Of a stretch of DNA of 64,000 nucleotides, positions 19,920 to 29,727 are shown piece after piece. Every line of letters starts with the position of its first letter. Positions within the stretch are counted from its first letter, which is position 1. Both the position numbers and the translations under genes were made by a program. A model generated the notes under the pieces. That model was given only the letters and a program-made list of their open reading frames with translations, made no database searches and had not been told where the DNA came from. Source of the stretch: an uncultured Gemmatimonadales bacterium (GTDB lineage: Bacteria > Gemmatimonadota > Gemmatimonadetes > Gemmatimonadales > GWC2-71-9); the NCBI GenBank assembly GCA_963828735.1, contig CAWHFW010000005.1, positions 384,001 through 448,000 on the forward strand, read 5' to 3'.

Positions 19920-22010
19920 TCACCACACCCGCACCCGATCGTCCGGCGCCAGATACAGCGTCTGCCCCTTCTTCACGCCGAACGCCTTGTACCACGCATC
20001 GATATTCCGGACCGTCGACGCGCGATACTCGTACGGCGCGTGGCCGTCGGTGAGGATGGCGTTCCGCATGGTCGGCTCGCGGAGCTTGCCCCGCCAGCTC
20101 TGCGCGAAGCTGATGAAGAACTGCTGGTCACCGGTGAAGCCCTGCACCGCCGGCGCCGGCTTGCCGTGCAGCGAGCGGTGGTACGCGTCGTAGGCCGCGG
20201 TGAGGCCGGCCAGGTCCGCGATGTTCTCGCCCAGGGTCTGCTGGCCCTTGACCGCGAGGTCGGGGAACGGCTTGTAGGCGTCGTACTGTGCGACGAGCTG
20301 CTTCGAGGAGGCCTCGAAGTGCTTGAAGTCCTCCGGTGTCCACCAGTTCCGGAGGCGCCCCTTGGAGTCGAACAGGGCCCCTGAATTGTCGAAGCTGTGG
20401 CTCACCTCGTGGCCGATGATGGCCCCCATCGCGCCGTAGTCCAGGGCCAGCGGGCGCTTCGGGTCGAAGTACGGCGGCTGGAGGATCGCCGCCGGAAAGT
20501 TGAGGGCATTCATCGCCGGCAGGTTCACCGCGTTCACCAGCTGGGGATTCATCACCCACTCGCCGCGGTCCACCGGCTGGCCAAGCTTGGCGAGAGCCTG
20601 ATGGAGCTGGAACAGCCGCGCGCGCTCCGCGTTGCCGTATGCGTCGCCGACTCTCACCTCGAGCCCGGTGTAGTCCGGCCAGGAGTCGGGATACCCGACG
20701 CCGACCTTGAGCACGGCGAGCTTGGCCTTGGCCTCCGCCTTCGTCGCCGGCGACATCCAGTCGAGCCGGTCGATCCGCTCCTTGAACGCCGCGATCAGGT
20801 TCGCGACCATCGCCTGTGCGCGCGCCTTTTCCGAGGGCGGGAAATACCGTTCGGCGTAGCGCCGGCCGACCGCGAAGCCGAGCGCGGCGTTGGTGGCGCT
20901 CACGGCCCGCTTCCATCGGTCACGCGGCTTCGTGGCGCCGGTCAAGACCGGCCCGAAGAAGGAGAACGACTGCTGATACAGCGCGGCCGGCAACACGCCC
21001 GCCCGCGACTGGATGGCATGGAAGGTCAGATACGCCTTCCACGCCTCGATCGGCTCGCTCCCTACCAGCGCGGCAATGCCGGTGATCGCGCTCGGCTGCC
21101 ACGCCACGAACCGGATGGCCTTGCCGAGGCCGGCGGCCGCGAAGTAGGCGTCCCAGTCGAGGCCGGGCGCCTTGGCGGCGAAGTCGGCGCGCGCCCAGTG
21201 GTTGTTGCCCTTGGTGACGTCTCCCGATTCCTGGCGGCTCAGGTGGACGGTCGCGATCCTGGTCTCGAGATCCACGATCGTCTTGGCCTTGGCATCCGCG
21301 TCGGCCACCTTGGCGAGTCCAAGCAGCGCAGCGACGTGTTGCCGATACTTCCCGCGGATCGTCGCCATGGCCGAAGACGAGTCGACGTAATAGCTCCGGT
21401 CGGGCATGCCGAGGCCGCCCTGGAGCAGGAACGGGGAATAGTGCGTCGGATCGTCGAGGTCCTGCGCCACCCACAGGCCGAACAGGTTTTCCGTGTAGAA
21501 GTTCGTGTTGTTGAAGACGTCCACGTCCGCCCGCAGGGTCGAGCCGAGCACGCGGGCCAGGTCCTTCCGGTCCTGGATCGCGACGATCGAATCGAGCGTG
21601 GGCTTGAGCGGCGTGAGGCCCCCCGATTCGATGGAGGCGGTGTCCATGAAGCCGCTGTAGAAATCGCCGATCTTCCGCAGGTCGGAGCCCGCGGGCGCGT
21701 TGGCCTTGGTCGCCCCCTGGATCAACTCGGCCACCCGGCGGTCGGTCACATCGGTGAGGATGGCGCCGGCCGAATACGCGCTCCGGTCGGCCGGGATCTC
21801 GGTCTGCTCGAGCCATGTGCCGTTGGCGAACTCGAAGAAGTTGTTGCCCGGCTTGACCGAGCGATCCATGCCCGCCACATCCAGGCCCGGGGACCGGGGA
21901 GCAGCGGAGGTCTCTTCGGGTGTGGCTTGGGCGACGGCGAGATGGATCGGGATGGCGGTCAGAGCAGCAACGGCAAGCAGCAGACTGAAACACGGGCGAA
22001 GTCGAAGCAT
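19920..22010 (-). CDS. M13 family zinc metallopeptidase (neprilysin/PepO-like), exported
   Basis: ATG 22010 with GAGG RBS; signal peptide; FANG.W, VNA, HEVSH, GENIAD, DGHAP. Confidence 0.95.
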   Translation of the reverse strand: MLRLRPCFSLLLAVAALTAIPIHLAVAQATPEETSAAPRSPGLDVAGMDRSVKPGNNFFEFANGTWLEQTEIPADRSAYSAGAILTDVTDRRVAELIQGATKANAPAGSDLRKIGDFYSGFMDTASIESGGLTPLKPTLDSIVAIQDRKDLARVLGSTLRADVDVFNNTNFYTENLFGLWVAQDLDDPTHYSPFLLQGGLGMPDRSYYVDSSSAMATIRGKYRQHVAALLGLAKVADADAKAKTIVDLETRIATVHLSRQESGDVTKGNNHWARADFAAKAPGLDWDAYFAAAGLGKAIRFVAWQPSAITGIAALVGSEPIEAWKAYLTFHAIQSRAGVLPAALYQQSFSFFGPVLTGATKPRDRWKRAVSATNAALGFAVGRRYAERYFPPSEKARAQAMVANLIAAFKERIDRLDWMSPATKAEAKAKLAVLKVGVGYPDSWPDYTGLEVRVGDAYGNAERARLFQLHQALAKLGQPVDRGEWVMNPQLVNAVNLPAMNALNFPAAILQPPYFDPKRPLALDYGAMGAIIGHEVSHSFDNSGALFDSKGRLRNWWTPEDFKHFEASSKQLVAQYDAYKPFPDLAVKGQQTLGENIADLAGLTAAYDAYHRSLHGKPAPAVQGFTGDQQFFISFAQSWRGKLREPTMRNAILTDGHAPYEYRASTVRNIDAWYKAFGVKKGQTLYLAPDDRVRVW

Positions 22011-22184
22011 CGATATCCTCGGGTCGGTATCGTCGGGGCCAAACATAAGCGGTCCGTGGCCGGCGGGTACCGCCAGTCGCCGCGGTCGGGCGCCATCGGA
22101 CCGTCGCCGTCCTTCGCCGGAGTGACCTTGCTGATCACGGCCGCGGGCGACCCTGCTCAATCCCAACGCAGGTGCGGGTGGGGG

Positions 22185-22214
22185 TTGACAGGTGACCAAC
22201 AGGTCACATAATAT
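22185..22214 (+). promoter_or_regulatory. Sigma-70 promoter with internal palindromic operator
   Basis: TTGACA at 22185-22190; GTGACC-N4-GGTCAC at 22192-22207; -10 CATAAT/TAATAT at 22207-22214. Confidence 0.8.
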
Positions 22215-22221
22215 GACCGCC

Positions 22222-23034
22222 ATGGATGAGGTGTTCAGAGCCTTGGCCGACCCCACCCGCCGCGGACTGCTGGACGAACTGTTCAAGCAGGATGGCCAGA
22301 CCCTCGGCGCGCTTGGGCGGCGACTGACGATGACCCGCTTCGGCGTGATGAAGCATCTGCGGGTGCTCGAGTCCGCGGGGCTGGTGGTCACGAAACGGCG
22401 GGGACGGGAGAAGCTTCACTTCCTCAATCCCGTGCCGATCCGCCTGATCCATGACCGTTGGATCGACAAATACACCGAGCCCTGGGCGGCCATGCTGAGC
22501 GGGCTCAAGCACCGGATGGAGGAGGGACGCATGGAGAAGATCTTCGAGATCTACATCAAGGCGACGCCGGAGCGGCTGTGGGACGCCATCACCGATCCCG
22601 AGATGCGGCGGAAGTACACCTTCGGCGTCGGGGTCGAGTCCGACTGGACTCCGGGCTCCCGCTACGTGGGCATTCCGCGACAGGCGCCCGAGCTCACGAT
22701 CTGCGAGGGCGAGAATCTTGAGGTCGACCCGCCGCGCCGACTCGTACAGAGCTTCCGGGCGCTCTGGAGCGACGACGTGAAGCGCGAAGGCACGTCGCGG
22801 GTGACATGGGAGATCGAGCCGATCGGCGACTCCTGCCGGCTGACCGTGACGCACGATCAGCTCCGGCCCGGCGCCAACAGCGAGCTCTACGGCGGCTGGC
22901 CGATGGTGCTGTCGGGACTCAAGACGCTGCTCGAGACCGGCGAGCTGCTCACCACGCCGGGCTCGCTGCAATATCTCGGGCCCGAGGAGGGAGGCAACGC
23001 CGGATGGCGAGGCTCGTCGCATTCACGCAGCTGA
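22222..23034 (+). CDS. ArsR/SmtB regulator fused to SRPBCC (AHSA1) domain
   Basis: VFRALADPTRR...KHLRVLE.AGLV...GRE, then IYIKATPERLW.A.TDP ... GW..VLS.LKTLLETG. Confidence 0.92.
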   Translation: MDEVFRALADPTRRGLLDELFKQDGQTLGALGRRLTMTRFGVMKHLRVLESAGLVVTKRRGREKLHFLNPVPIRLIHDRWIDKYTEPWAAMLSGLKHRMEEGRMEKIFEIYIKATPERLWDAITDPEMRRKYTFGVGVESDWTPGSRYVGIPRQAPELTICEGENLEVDPPRRLVQSFRALWSDDVKREGTSRVTWEIEPIGDSCRLTVTHDQLRPGANSELYGGWPMVLSGLKTLLETGELLTTPGSLQYLGPEEGGNAGWRGSSHSRS

Positions 23035-23075
23035 GGCTGGACGGGTACTTCGCCGAAGTCTCGTGCGGCACCTGA
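23004..23075 (+). pseudogene. 5' remnant of a dihydrofolate reductase/RibD_C-family gene
   Basis: Purine-rich RBS-like run upstream, then MARLVAFTQLRLDGYFA-stop, resembling the M.KL.....SLDGY start of RibD_C proteins. Confidence 0.45.
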
Positions 23076-23254
23076 CCTAGGTGGTCATGAATCCGGTCGC
23101 CCTCCGCGGCGGCCGGACGTCGTTTGCGGGAGCGCAATAGGCACTTCGCCGTCTTGAAGGGCCGTTGCCCGGCATCTAGCGTGGCCCATTGTTCCCATGG
23201 GCTCCAGGGCGGTCTCGCCCGCAAGAGACCGAGAGTCGCTCGAGGCATACTTCG

Positions 23255-23650
23255 ATGTCCACCACCCATCGTCACAGCCACGCCATGTCGCTGACGATCG
23301 GCCTGGCGGCTGCCGTGATCGCGGGCTGCGACACTGAGGGCTTCGGCCTGACGGGCGGCGGGGACTGCAATCTGGATACGGGCTCCTCCTCCATCGTCGG
23401 CGCCGTCACGGCCCAGTACTTCGCCTCCACGACGGGCGATGCCCTCCTCAGCTCGCTGACCTACGCGACGGACGGCGGGCCGCATACCATCGGCAAACCC
23501 ACCGTCCCCTTCTCCGCCAGGGTCACCCTCACAGCCAATCGGGCGCGCATTCAGGCGACCGGATCGTCGGCGAACGGGACCATCTCGATCAGCTTCGCGG
23601 TGAGTAACGAGATAGGGCCGTTGGAGCAGCTGCAGGCGGTCTGCCCGTGA
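23255..23650 (+). CDS. Hypothetical lipoprotein
   Basis: GAGG RBS; lipobox VIAGC. Confidence 0.62.
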   Translation: MSTTHRHSHAMSLTIGLAAAVIAGCDTEGFGLTGGGDCNLDTGSSSIVGAVTAQYFASTTGDALLSSLTYATDGGPHTIGKPTVPFSARVTLTANRARIQATGSSANGTISISFAVSNEIGPLEQLQAVCP

Positions 23651-23729
23651 GGTGAGTCGGAGGCGCGCCGGTCAGGGTAGATGGAGCGCCCCGCGCCTCC
23701 CTTCACGGTGCGGGGTCCAGGTCGCGGAG

Positions 23730-24167
23730 CTAGCGGCAGGCCCCGGTCGCGCGGCCGAGGTCGGCGTCGAGCCGGAGGGTGTCCACCGGAGGCGTGCCCA
23801 ACCGGAGCTCGAGCGTGGCGCCCGGGAGCTCCTGGGTCATGGCACCGGGCCCGGTCACGAGCAGCGATACGGTGGCTGGACCAGGTACCGCGAAGGCCGG
23901 GCCCACCTCCACGACGTACCCACCCGCCCGATCCGTCGTGACCGGGCCGACGCGGGTGTCGACGGGCCGTGCCTGCCCTGCCTCGGCCTGCACGACGTGC
24001 AGTGCCACCTCGGCGCCGGGCACCGGGATACCGCACCTGAAGACGGTCCCGCGGACCGCGCCCGTCACCGGCGCGCCGGCGGAGATGGCCAGGTCGCCGC
24101 CGCCCTCAACGCAGCCAAGACAGGCGAGGCTCGCGAGCCCGATGAGCGCCGGCAATGCGTGGGTCAT
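23730..24167 (-). CDS. Hypothetical lipoprotein (carboxypeptidase-regulatory-like beta domain)
   Basis: Lipobox-like LGC; GAVRGTV...PVPGAEV...TTD..G.Y pattern. Confidence 0.62.
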   Translation of the reverse strand: MTHALPALIGLASLACLGCVEGGGDLAISAGAPVTGAVRGTVFRCGIPVPGAEVALHVVQAEAGQARPVDTRVGPVTTDRAGGYVVEVGPAFAVPGPATVSLLVTGPGAMTQELPGATLELRLGTPPVDTLRLDADLGRATGACR

Positions 24168-24221
24168 CCAGTGAACCTACCGGCTCGGCCGGCGCAGGGA
24201 AGACGGGGCTCGCGCAACCGG

Positions 24222-24737
24222 TCATGACTTCCGGTGCAGCTCGTACCGGAGGAGCCCCGCGGCGGTCTCGGAAGCGAGCACGAACCCGGTCTTGCGCAGC
24301 ACACCGATCGAGGCCACGAGCCCGGGATAGGTCATGGCCGCGATGGTGACGATGGAAGGGTCCTCGAACGCCTCGGCCACGAGAGCCAGGACGGCCTCGG
24401 TCGCGTAACCTCGGCGCTGATGCTCTGCGGCGATCGCATAGCCGATCTCCACGATGCCTCTGGCCGACGGCGGACCGGCGAAGCCGGCAACCCCCACCAG
24501 CTCGCGCGGGCCGCCCGCGACCGGCCGTAGCACCACGTACCGAAGCGACCAGGCCCGGCTCTCCGGATGGTGCTCGAGCTGCCGCCGGACCCGCTGAACA
24601 TCATCCCGCTCGAACACGGGCGGCGGCCAGGACACAGGCGGATGCGCACCGAGCACCTGCCCGACCTCGGCCGGCCCCCGCATCTCCGCGTCGCACAGGT
24701 CGAGCGTTGCCGGAATGAGCTCGAGCCTGCCGGTCAT
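24222..24737 (-). CDS. GNAT N-acetyltransferase (RimJ/RimL type)
   Basis: VEIGYAI...QRRGYATEA; ASIGVLRKTGF. Confidence 0.88.
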   Translation of the reverse strand: MTGRLELIPATLDLCDAEMRGPAEVGQVLGAHPPVSWPPPVFERDDVQRVRRQLEHHPESRAWSLRYVVLRPVAGGPRELVGVAGFAGPPSARGIVEIGYAIAAEHQRRGYATEAVLALVAEAFEDPSIVTIAAMTYPGLVASIGVLRKTGFVLASETAAGLLRYELHRKS

Positions 24738-24806
24738 CCAGGACCGCCGATCTTGAGTGTGATCCCAAGGTACGTCTCGCCCGCGACCTCACGCCAGCGC
24801 GTTTAT

Positions 24807-25796
24807 CTACTCTCGCTGCAGCGTGACAGGCGGTGTGGGCAGCAGGATCACCTTGCCATGGGTCCGCCGGCCCTCGAGCTGGCGATGCGCTTCGGCGGCC
24901 TCAACAAGTGGCAGCATCATTCCCACGCTCACACGAAGGTCGCCGCTCACGACCCACTCCTGAAGCTCGCGGCGAGCCGTTTGCCAACGATCCGGGGCAT
25001 CGGCCGCGAGCCAGAAGCTGCTCACGCGGAGGTTGCGCCCGTACAGCTCATCGGGATGAATGGGCACGGGCGAGCCGCTGGACTCGCCGAAGAACACCAG
25101 GTGGCCGTACAAACCGAGCGCGGCCAGGCTCCCGGCCTGCGTGGCGCGTCCGATGGAATCGAACACGGCATTGACGCCGCGGCCGCCGGTGGCGGCCCGT
25201 AACGCCTCGGCCATGTCGCCATCGTAGCCCAGAGGCTCCGCGCCGGCCTCGCGCACGAGCGCCCGCTTGGCGGCGGTGGACGCGGTGCCGAAGACCCGCA
25301 CCCCGCGACGGCGGAGCAGCTGTACCAGGAGCGCGCCGACGCCGCCGGCCGCGGCGTGGACCAGGGCCGATTGGCCCGGCTCGAGTGTCGTGGCGTAGTG
25401 CGCGAGCCCGTAGGCGGTGAGGCCCTGGGCCGGGAGGGCGGCGCCGACCGGGAACTCGAGCGCGTCAAGGAGGGGGAAGAGCCACGCGGCCGGCGCGACG
25501 GTGTACTCCGCGTACGCGCCGCTGGTACGCGGAGCCCAGAAAGCGACCCGACGACCGAGCCAGTGTTCTTCCACAGCCGGACCCAGGCGCTCGACGACCC
25601 CCGCCGCCTCGTTGCCGGGAATCCACGGTAGCGGCGGAGGCTCGTACGTGCCCCGGCGACGCTCAGTCTCGGTGAAGTTGACCCCGATGGCCTCCACGCG
25701 AACCAGCACCTCGCCCGGACCGGGCTCGGGCCTGGCCGCCGTCGCCAGAGCCAGAACTTCCGGACCGCCGAGGGCGCGTACGACGATGGCGCGCAT
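24807..25796 (-). CDS. NADPH:quinone oxidoreductase (MDR/Qor family)
   Basis: GGPEVL, GVNF, PG.EAAG, VHAAAGGVG, G...GKV.L. Confidence 0.92.
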   Translation of the reverse strand: MRAIVVRALGGPEVLALATAARPEPGPGEVLVRVEAIGVNFTETERRRGTYEPPPLPWIPGNEAAGVVERLGPAVEEHWLGRRVAFWAPRTSGAYAEYTVAPAAWLFPLLDALEFPVGAALPAQGLTAYGLAHYATTLEPGQSALVHAAAGGVGALLVQLLRRRGVRVFGTASTAAKRALVREAGAEPLGYDGDMAEALRAATGGRGVNAVFDSIGRATQAGSLAALGLYGHLVFFGESSGSPVPIHPDELYGRNLRVSSFWLAADAPDRWQTARRELQEWVVSGDLRVSVGMMLPLVEAAEAHRQLEGRRTHGKVILLPTPPVTLQRE

Positions 25797-25826
25797 TCAA
25801 CGAGCGTCCGTCGCCGCCGCGGCCAT

Positions 25827-27131
25827 CTAGCGCAGGTCCCTCGGGAGATGAGGGGCCGAGAGCAGGGCGCGGAACGCCGTCCAGCGACCGGCCTCCGAGT
25901 CGCCGCCGATCCGTCCGACCCAGGCGGCGACGAGGTCCCGTCCCAGGTTGTAGTTGATGACGTAGCTGCGGTAGGTATCGATGAACCGCACGGTCTTGGC
26001 GGCCGCCTCGGGGGAGCTCAACCAGTAGCGCTGCATGGCGGTTCGCGCGCCTGCGGAGTCGAGGTCGCCATCGAGGTATCGGCGGGCCACTTCATTCCGC
26101 GCGTAGTTCAGCCGCTCCACGACCTGCCGCACGGCCGCGTTCCGCTCCGCCAGCGATCGATCGAGCCCAGCGAGCGGGAACAATGAGTCCCGCTCGAACG
26201 CCGTTCGCTCGGCGATTGGAAAGGCCATGTCGATCCCGTAGTTCGCGCTCCCCTCGGCAATGAGTGACTGGGGGCTGAACAACGGATACATCGAGATCTC
26301 GACCCACCCGCGGTCGTGCACCAGCGCCTGCTCGAGCAGCGCGTTGTAGACGTGATGCCCGGGATATCCCTCGTGGCATGCGAGGTCGATGGCTCGATCC
26401 AGCGGGACCGGAAAGTCCAGGTTCACCTGGATCAGGCTGTGATACGCGCCCTTGTACCAGTTGTAGGCGTTCCAGGACGTCCCCTTCACGTACTCGAGAT
26501 CGAAGCGCTCGCCCGGCGGCAGCGGCATGTGCGCCAGCGTGCGGGCGCGGCACGCTGCGATGGCGGTCTTGAAGACCGTGTCCACCTTGCCGGCGGGGAT
26601 GTTGAGGCGGTCGCGGAAATGCTGGTAGCGCTGCGCGAGCGGCTCGCGACCCGGGAGCAGGCTGTCGAGCCGCGCGAGCAGTGAATCGAAGTGCGCGTCC
26701 GGAAAGTGAGGTGGCGCCGCATCGTACAGGGCCTCGGCCTCCTGGTCGAATCGGAGCCGCTCGCCACCGAGCATCCGTGCGCGCGCCGCCATCGCGCCGA
26801 GCTGCACGCGGAGATAGCGATGCCGCAGGCGGACCAACGAGTCGGCGTAGGCCGGCACGCTGTCGCCCAGCATGGCGATGAGCGATTCCGCCGAGGATCG
26901 GACCTGTGCGACCGTGAGCGACTCGGCGTTGGCCGCCGCACGCAGGGAGTCGGGGCCATAGTACGCATCGACGTAGTTGGCGTCGTGGCGGCCGAGCTCG
27001 AGACCGAGGACGACGTACCGCCGGGCGATCGCGTCCAAGGCCCGCGGGTCGGGCGCGGGCGGCGCCGATGGGCGGCAGGCCACGAGGATGAGAGCCACGC
27101 CCAGAAGCCGCCGACGGTGTTCCAGTGTCAT
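25827..27131 (-). CDS. Lipoprotein, DUF885-like putative zinc metallopeptidase
   Basis: Lipobox LVAC; HEGYPGHH, EG.A.Y, YVINY. Confidence 0.82.
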   Translation of the reverse strand: MTLEHRRRLLGVALILVACRPSAPPAPDPRALDAIARRYVVLGLELGRHDANYVDAYYGPDSLRAAANAESLTVAQVRSSAESLIAMLGDSVPAYADSLVRLRHRYLRVQLGAMAARARMLGGERLRFDQEAEALYDAAPPHFPDAHFDSLLARLDSLLPGREPLAQRYQHFRDRLNIPAGKVDTVFKTAIAACRARTLAHMPLPPGERFDLEYVKGTSWNAYNWYKGAYHSLIQVNLDFPVPLDRAIDLACHEGYPGHHVYNALLEQALVHDRGWVEISMYPLFSPQSLIAEGSANYGIDMAFPIAERTAFERDSLFPLAGLDRSLAERNAAVRQVVERLNYARNEVARRYLDGDLDSAGARTAMQRYWLSSPEAAAKTVRFIDTYRSYVINYNLGRDLVAAWVGRIGGDSEAGRWTAFRALLSAPHLPRDLR

Positions 27132-27159
27132 GGTGGGATTCGAGCCTCGAGCTCGTGGG

Positions 27160-27539
27160 TCAGTGTCCGCCCGATGGAGGCTCGGACTTCAGGATCTCCG
27201 CATTGTAGCGCAGCATGTATTCGTGCGACCGGGTCCAGAGCCGCTTCTCCATGTCCGACATGACGTCACCCGACATCGTGATGACCAGGCGAGTGCCATG
27301 GGTGGCGAGCAGATGATGGTAGGCTCGGTCCTCGTCTTCCGGGCCGGGCGTTTCGATGCCCGAGCCGTAGTCGCCAGCCAGGAGGCGATTATCCCGCGCC
27401 GCCATCGCCGCGCGCGCCTCTCGAACGGGTCCTGCCGCTCGAACCGGCGGAGCAGCAGCCAATCCTCGAGCGGGCCGTGGCCGACGAGCGCACCGCCGAT
27501 GAGGAGGATCGCCGCGAATCCGATCAGGAGGCGTTTCAC
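27160..27539 (-). CDS. Hypothetical membrane-anchored protein, frameshifted near 27425
   Basis: GTG 27539 gives MKRLLIGFAAILLIGG...RQDP; protein-like sequence continues in another frame as VREARAAMAARD...YMLRYNAEIL. Confidence 0.45.
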
Positions 27540-27649
27540 CTGGCGTGTCCCGTCCACCCGACGAGGCCCGTGAAGGGGAGCACAACGGTGGGGAGCAGCG
27601 TGTCAGCCGTTGACGAGATGAAGGGGCCGGTATCGCCTCACCACGGGGG

Positions 27650-28117
27650 TCACGATTGCACCCGCACCTTCTCGGTGCGACTGAGCGATCCCCAATCGGC
27701 CAGCGTGTCGGTCGTGATCTCGGGCTCCGATGGGGGCCGTACCGTCCCGGTCAACCAGTCCCGGAACATCCGGACGTTGTCGGGCGTGAGCTCGAAGGTG
27801 ATGTCGGGCGACGCCCAATCGTACAGGACCCGGGAGACGAGGTCATCACCGTCGTCCCAGCGCAGGAAATCCGACGCGATGACGGCGAAGCCGATGGTCT
27901 CGAGGGCTGGCCCCGGCAGCTCTCCACCCAGGACCGCGTCACAGAGGCGGACCAGCATCGGCGCCGTGATCGTGAGCCGTTGGCCCCCGACCAGGTCCTC
28001 GATGTGCACCCGGCGCCGGTTCCGTTTCAGGAGCTCAACGGCGCCTCGCGCCTCGAGGGCCAACTGGCCGGCCGAGGCGGCGCCCTGAAGAAAATCTCTG
28101 AGCGTGGCTTCCTTCAA
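27650..28117 (-). CDS. Hypothetical protein
   Basis: Protein-like composition (LVRLCDAVL.GEL...LYDWASPDI.F.LT); probable TTG start at 28117. Confidence 0.65.
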   Translation of the reverse strand: MKEATLRDFLQGAASAGQLALEARGAVELLKRNRRRVHIEDLVGGQRLTITAPMLVRLCDAVLGGELPGPALETIGFAVIASDFLRWDDGDDLVSRVLYDWASPDITFELTPDNVRMFRDWLTGTVRPPSEPEITTDTLADWGSLSRTEKVRVQS

Positions 28118-28189
28118 GACCGATAGATTCAAGGGCGCACGACACGCGTTGTCCGTTGCGAACCAACCGCTGTCCTCCGAGCAAGGAGC

Positions 28190-28321
28190 CCGGCCCGCGG
28201 CATTCTCCACGCAATTGGAAATACATCGATCGTCCGCCTGCGCAAGGTCGCTCGCCCGGACTGCGCGGACATCCTCGTGAAGCTCGAGTGGGACAATCCG
28301 ACTGACAGCATGAAGGACAGG
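28190..28321 (+). pseudogene. 5' fragment of a cysteine synthase (CysK/CysM-family) gene
   Basis: Translates ILHAIGNTSIVRLRKVARPDCADILVKLEWDNPTDSMKDR, matching IGNTP...KLE..NP.GS.KDR. It has no start codon and resemblance ends after the PLP lysine. Confidence 0.75.
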
Positions 28322-28331
28322 TCCGGCGAGC

Positions 28332-28697
28332 CTAGACCTGCGTTCCCCACCCGTCGAACTCGCAATCGCACTCGAGGCCGGCCGTCACCATCCAGTCGAC
28401 CCATTGCTCCAGGATCTGCCCGGAGATCATCGTCGGCTGCGTGCTGCCGGACACGGTCCAGTCGCGGCCTGGGAACGGGCCGGCCGATTGTACCAGCACC
28501 GAGTAGTCCGTCCGATCCTCCAGCAGCAGCTTGAGCGCCTCGGCGGCGGGGCGACTCGGCGCCCGGAACGAGAAGTCGAGCCGCACCTCGGTGGTCGGCG
28601 TGACGCCGCGCTGACGGAGGGTCCGCCAGGTCTGGTCGGTCAGCGCGAGCTGTGTGGCGAGCAGTCGCCGATATCGATCGTCTCGAGAGTCGTCCAC
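28332..28697 (-). CDS. RraB-like (ribonuclease E inhibitor family) protein
   Basis: GTG start with GGAG RBS; L...G....R.DFSF..P...A..L and C-terminal FDGWG. Confidence 0.7.
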   Translation of the reverse strand: MDDSRDDRYRRLLATQLALTDQTWRTLRQRGVTPTTEVRLDFSFRAPSRPAAEALKLLLEDRTDYSVLVQSAGPFPGRDWTVSGSTQPTMISGQILEQWVDWMVTAGLECDCEFDGWGTQV

Positions 28698-29033
28698 GAG
28701 CCCGCTCCGGGTAGCGCATGGCCTGATGGCCGCAGGTCCACCTGATACCTCGAGTACTCCTATCGAATCGGCACCCTGGAGCAGCGTGCGCACCGCACTC
28801 ATGGCAGGCACCGCGCGCCGGACAGCCGGATGTTGGTGGAGCTCGTTGTGAACGGGATACGAGAAGCTACGGCGCGAACGGGGTCGGCGATAGCGGGAAA
28901 TCGGGCCGCCAAGCGGCGTAGATGCGACACCCGGGGTGGGATTCCTGTCGCAAAGGCACCTATCGTGCATTCGAAGCGCACTCGTGCGGCGACGGGCCGC
29001 GCGACCCATCGCTCACCCGCGAGGCGAACCGAC

Positions 29034-29591
29034 TCACGGGCCGGTTTTTCCCAACCAGGCGGCATGCGCGGCCGGCTGCTGCATCTGCGCGGCGCCGAAC
29101 GATTCGGACTGCCCCGGCGGTATGCTCAGGAATCGCCACGCCGCACCGCAGAGCGCCCGAGCCGCGTACACCACCTGCCCCACGTGATAGCTCGTGTGCG
29201 CCAGCGATCGGTGCAGTGCCTGGTCCACCCGAAGCGGCTGACCGCGTATCGTGACGGTGCGGGTCAGATCATCGTCATTCAACGCCGCCAGCGCCGCGAA
29301 CAGGACGCCCCACCCCGCTTCCCAGTGGGCCAGAAGCTCCGCCTGGGTGACCGAGCGCGCGTGGAACTCCTCCTCGCGCTTGCGCCAGGGTTTCTCGCCG
29401 TCGCTCGTGAGAAAATCGGTGAACCGGGAACGCAGGTTGCCGCCGACGTGCCAACAGATCGTGGCGATCGCATTGCCCCCGTTCGGTCCCGGCGCCGTCA
29501 GCTGCTCGTCGGTCAGCTGGCGCACCGCGCCCTCCGCCAGCGCCTTGTAGCGCTGGTATTCACCCGTGATCGAATCGATGATCGACCTCAT
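29034..29591 (-). CDS. DinB/DUF1572 family protein
   Basis: N.IA....H..GNLRSRFTDFLT.DGEK.WR.R..EF; H.SYH.GQ. Confidence 0.88.
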   Translation of the reverse strand: MRSIIDSITGEYQRYKALAEGAVRQLTDEQLTAPGPNGGNAIATICWHVGGNLRSRFTDFLTSDGEKPWRKREEEFHARSVTQAELLAHWEAGWGVLFAALAALNDDDLTRTVTIRGQPLRVDQALHRSLAHTSYHVGQVVYAARALCGAAWRFLSIPPGQSESFGAAQMQQPAAHAAWLGKTGP

Positions 29592-29727
29592 CGCACACTC
29601 CTGAATTCTGAAGTCTATTCCCTACGGGGTCTGCACGGTCCGGGCACGTAAGGGACGCCCTCGGCCACCGCCATTGATCCTGGCACGCCGAGATCTGGAG
29701 GCACGCACCATTCGGACTGCCGGGTGC

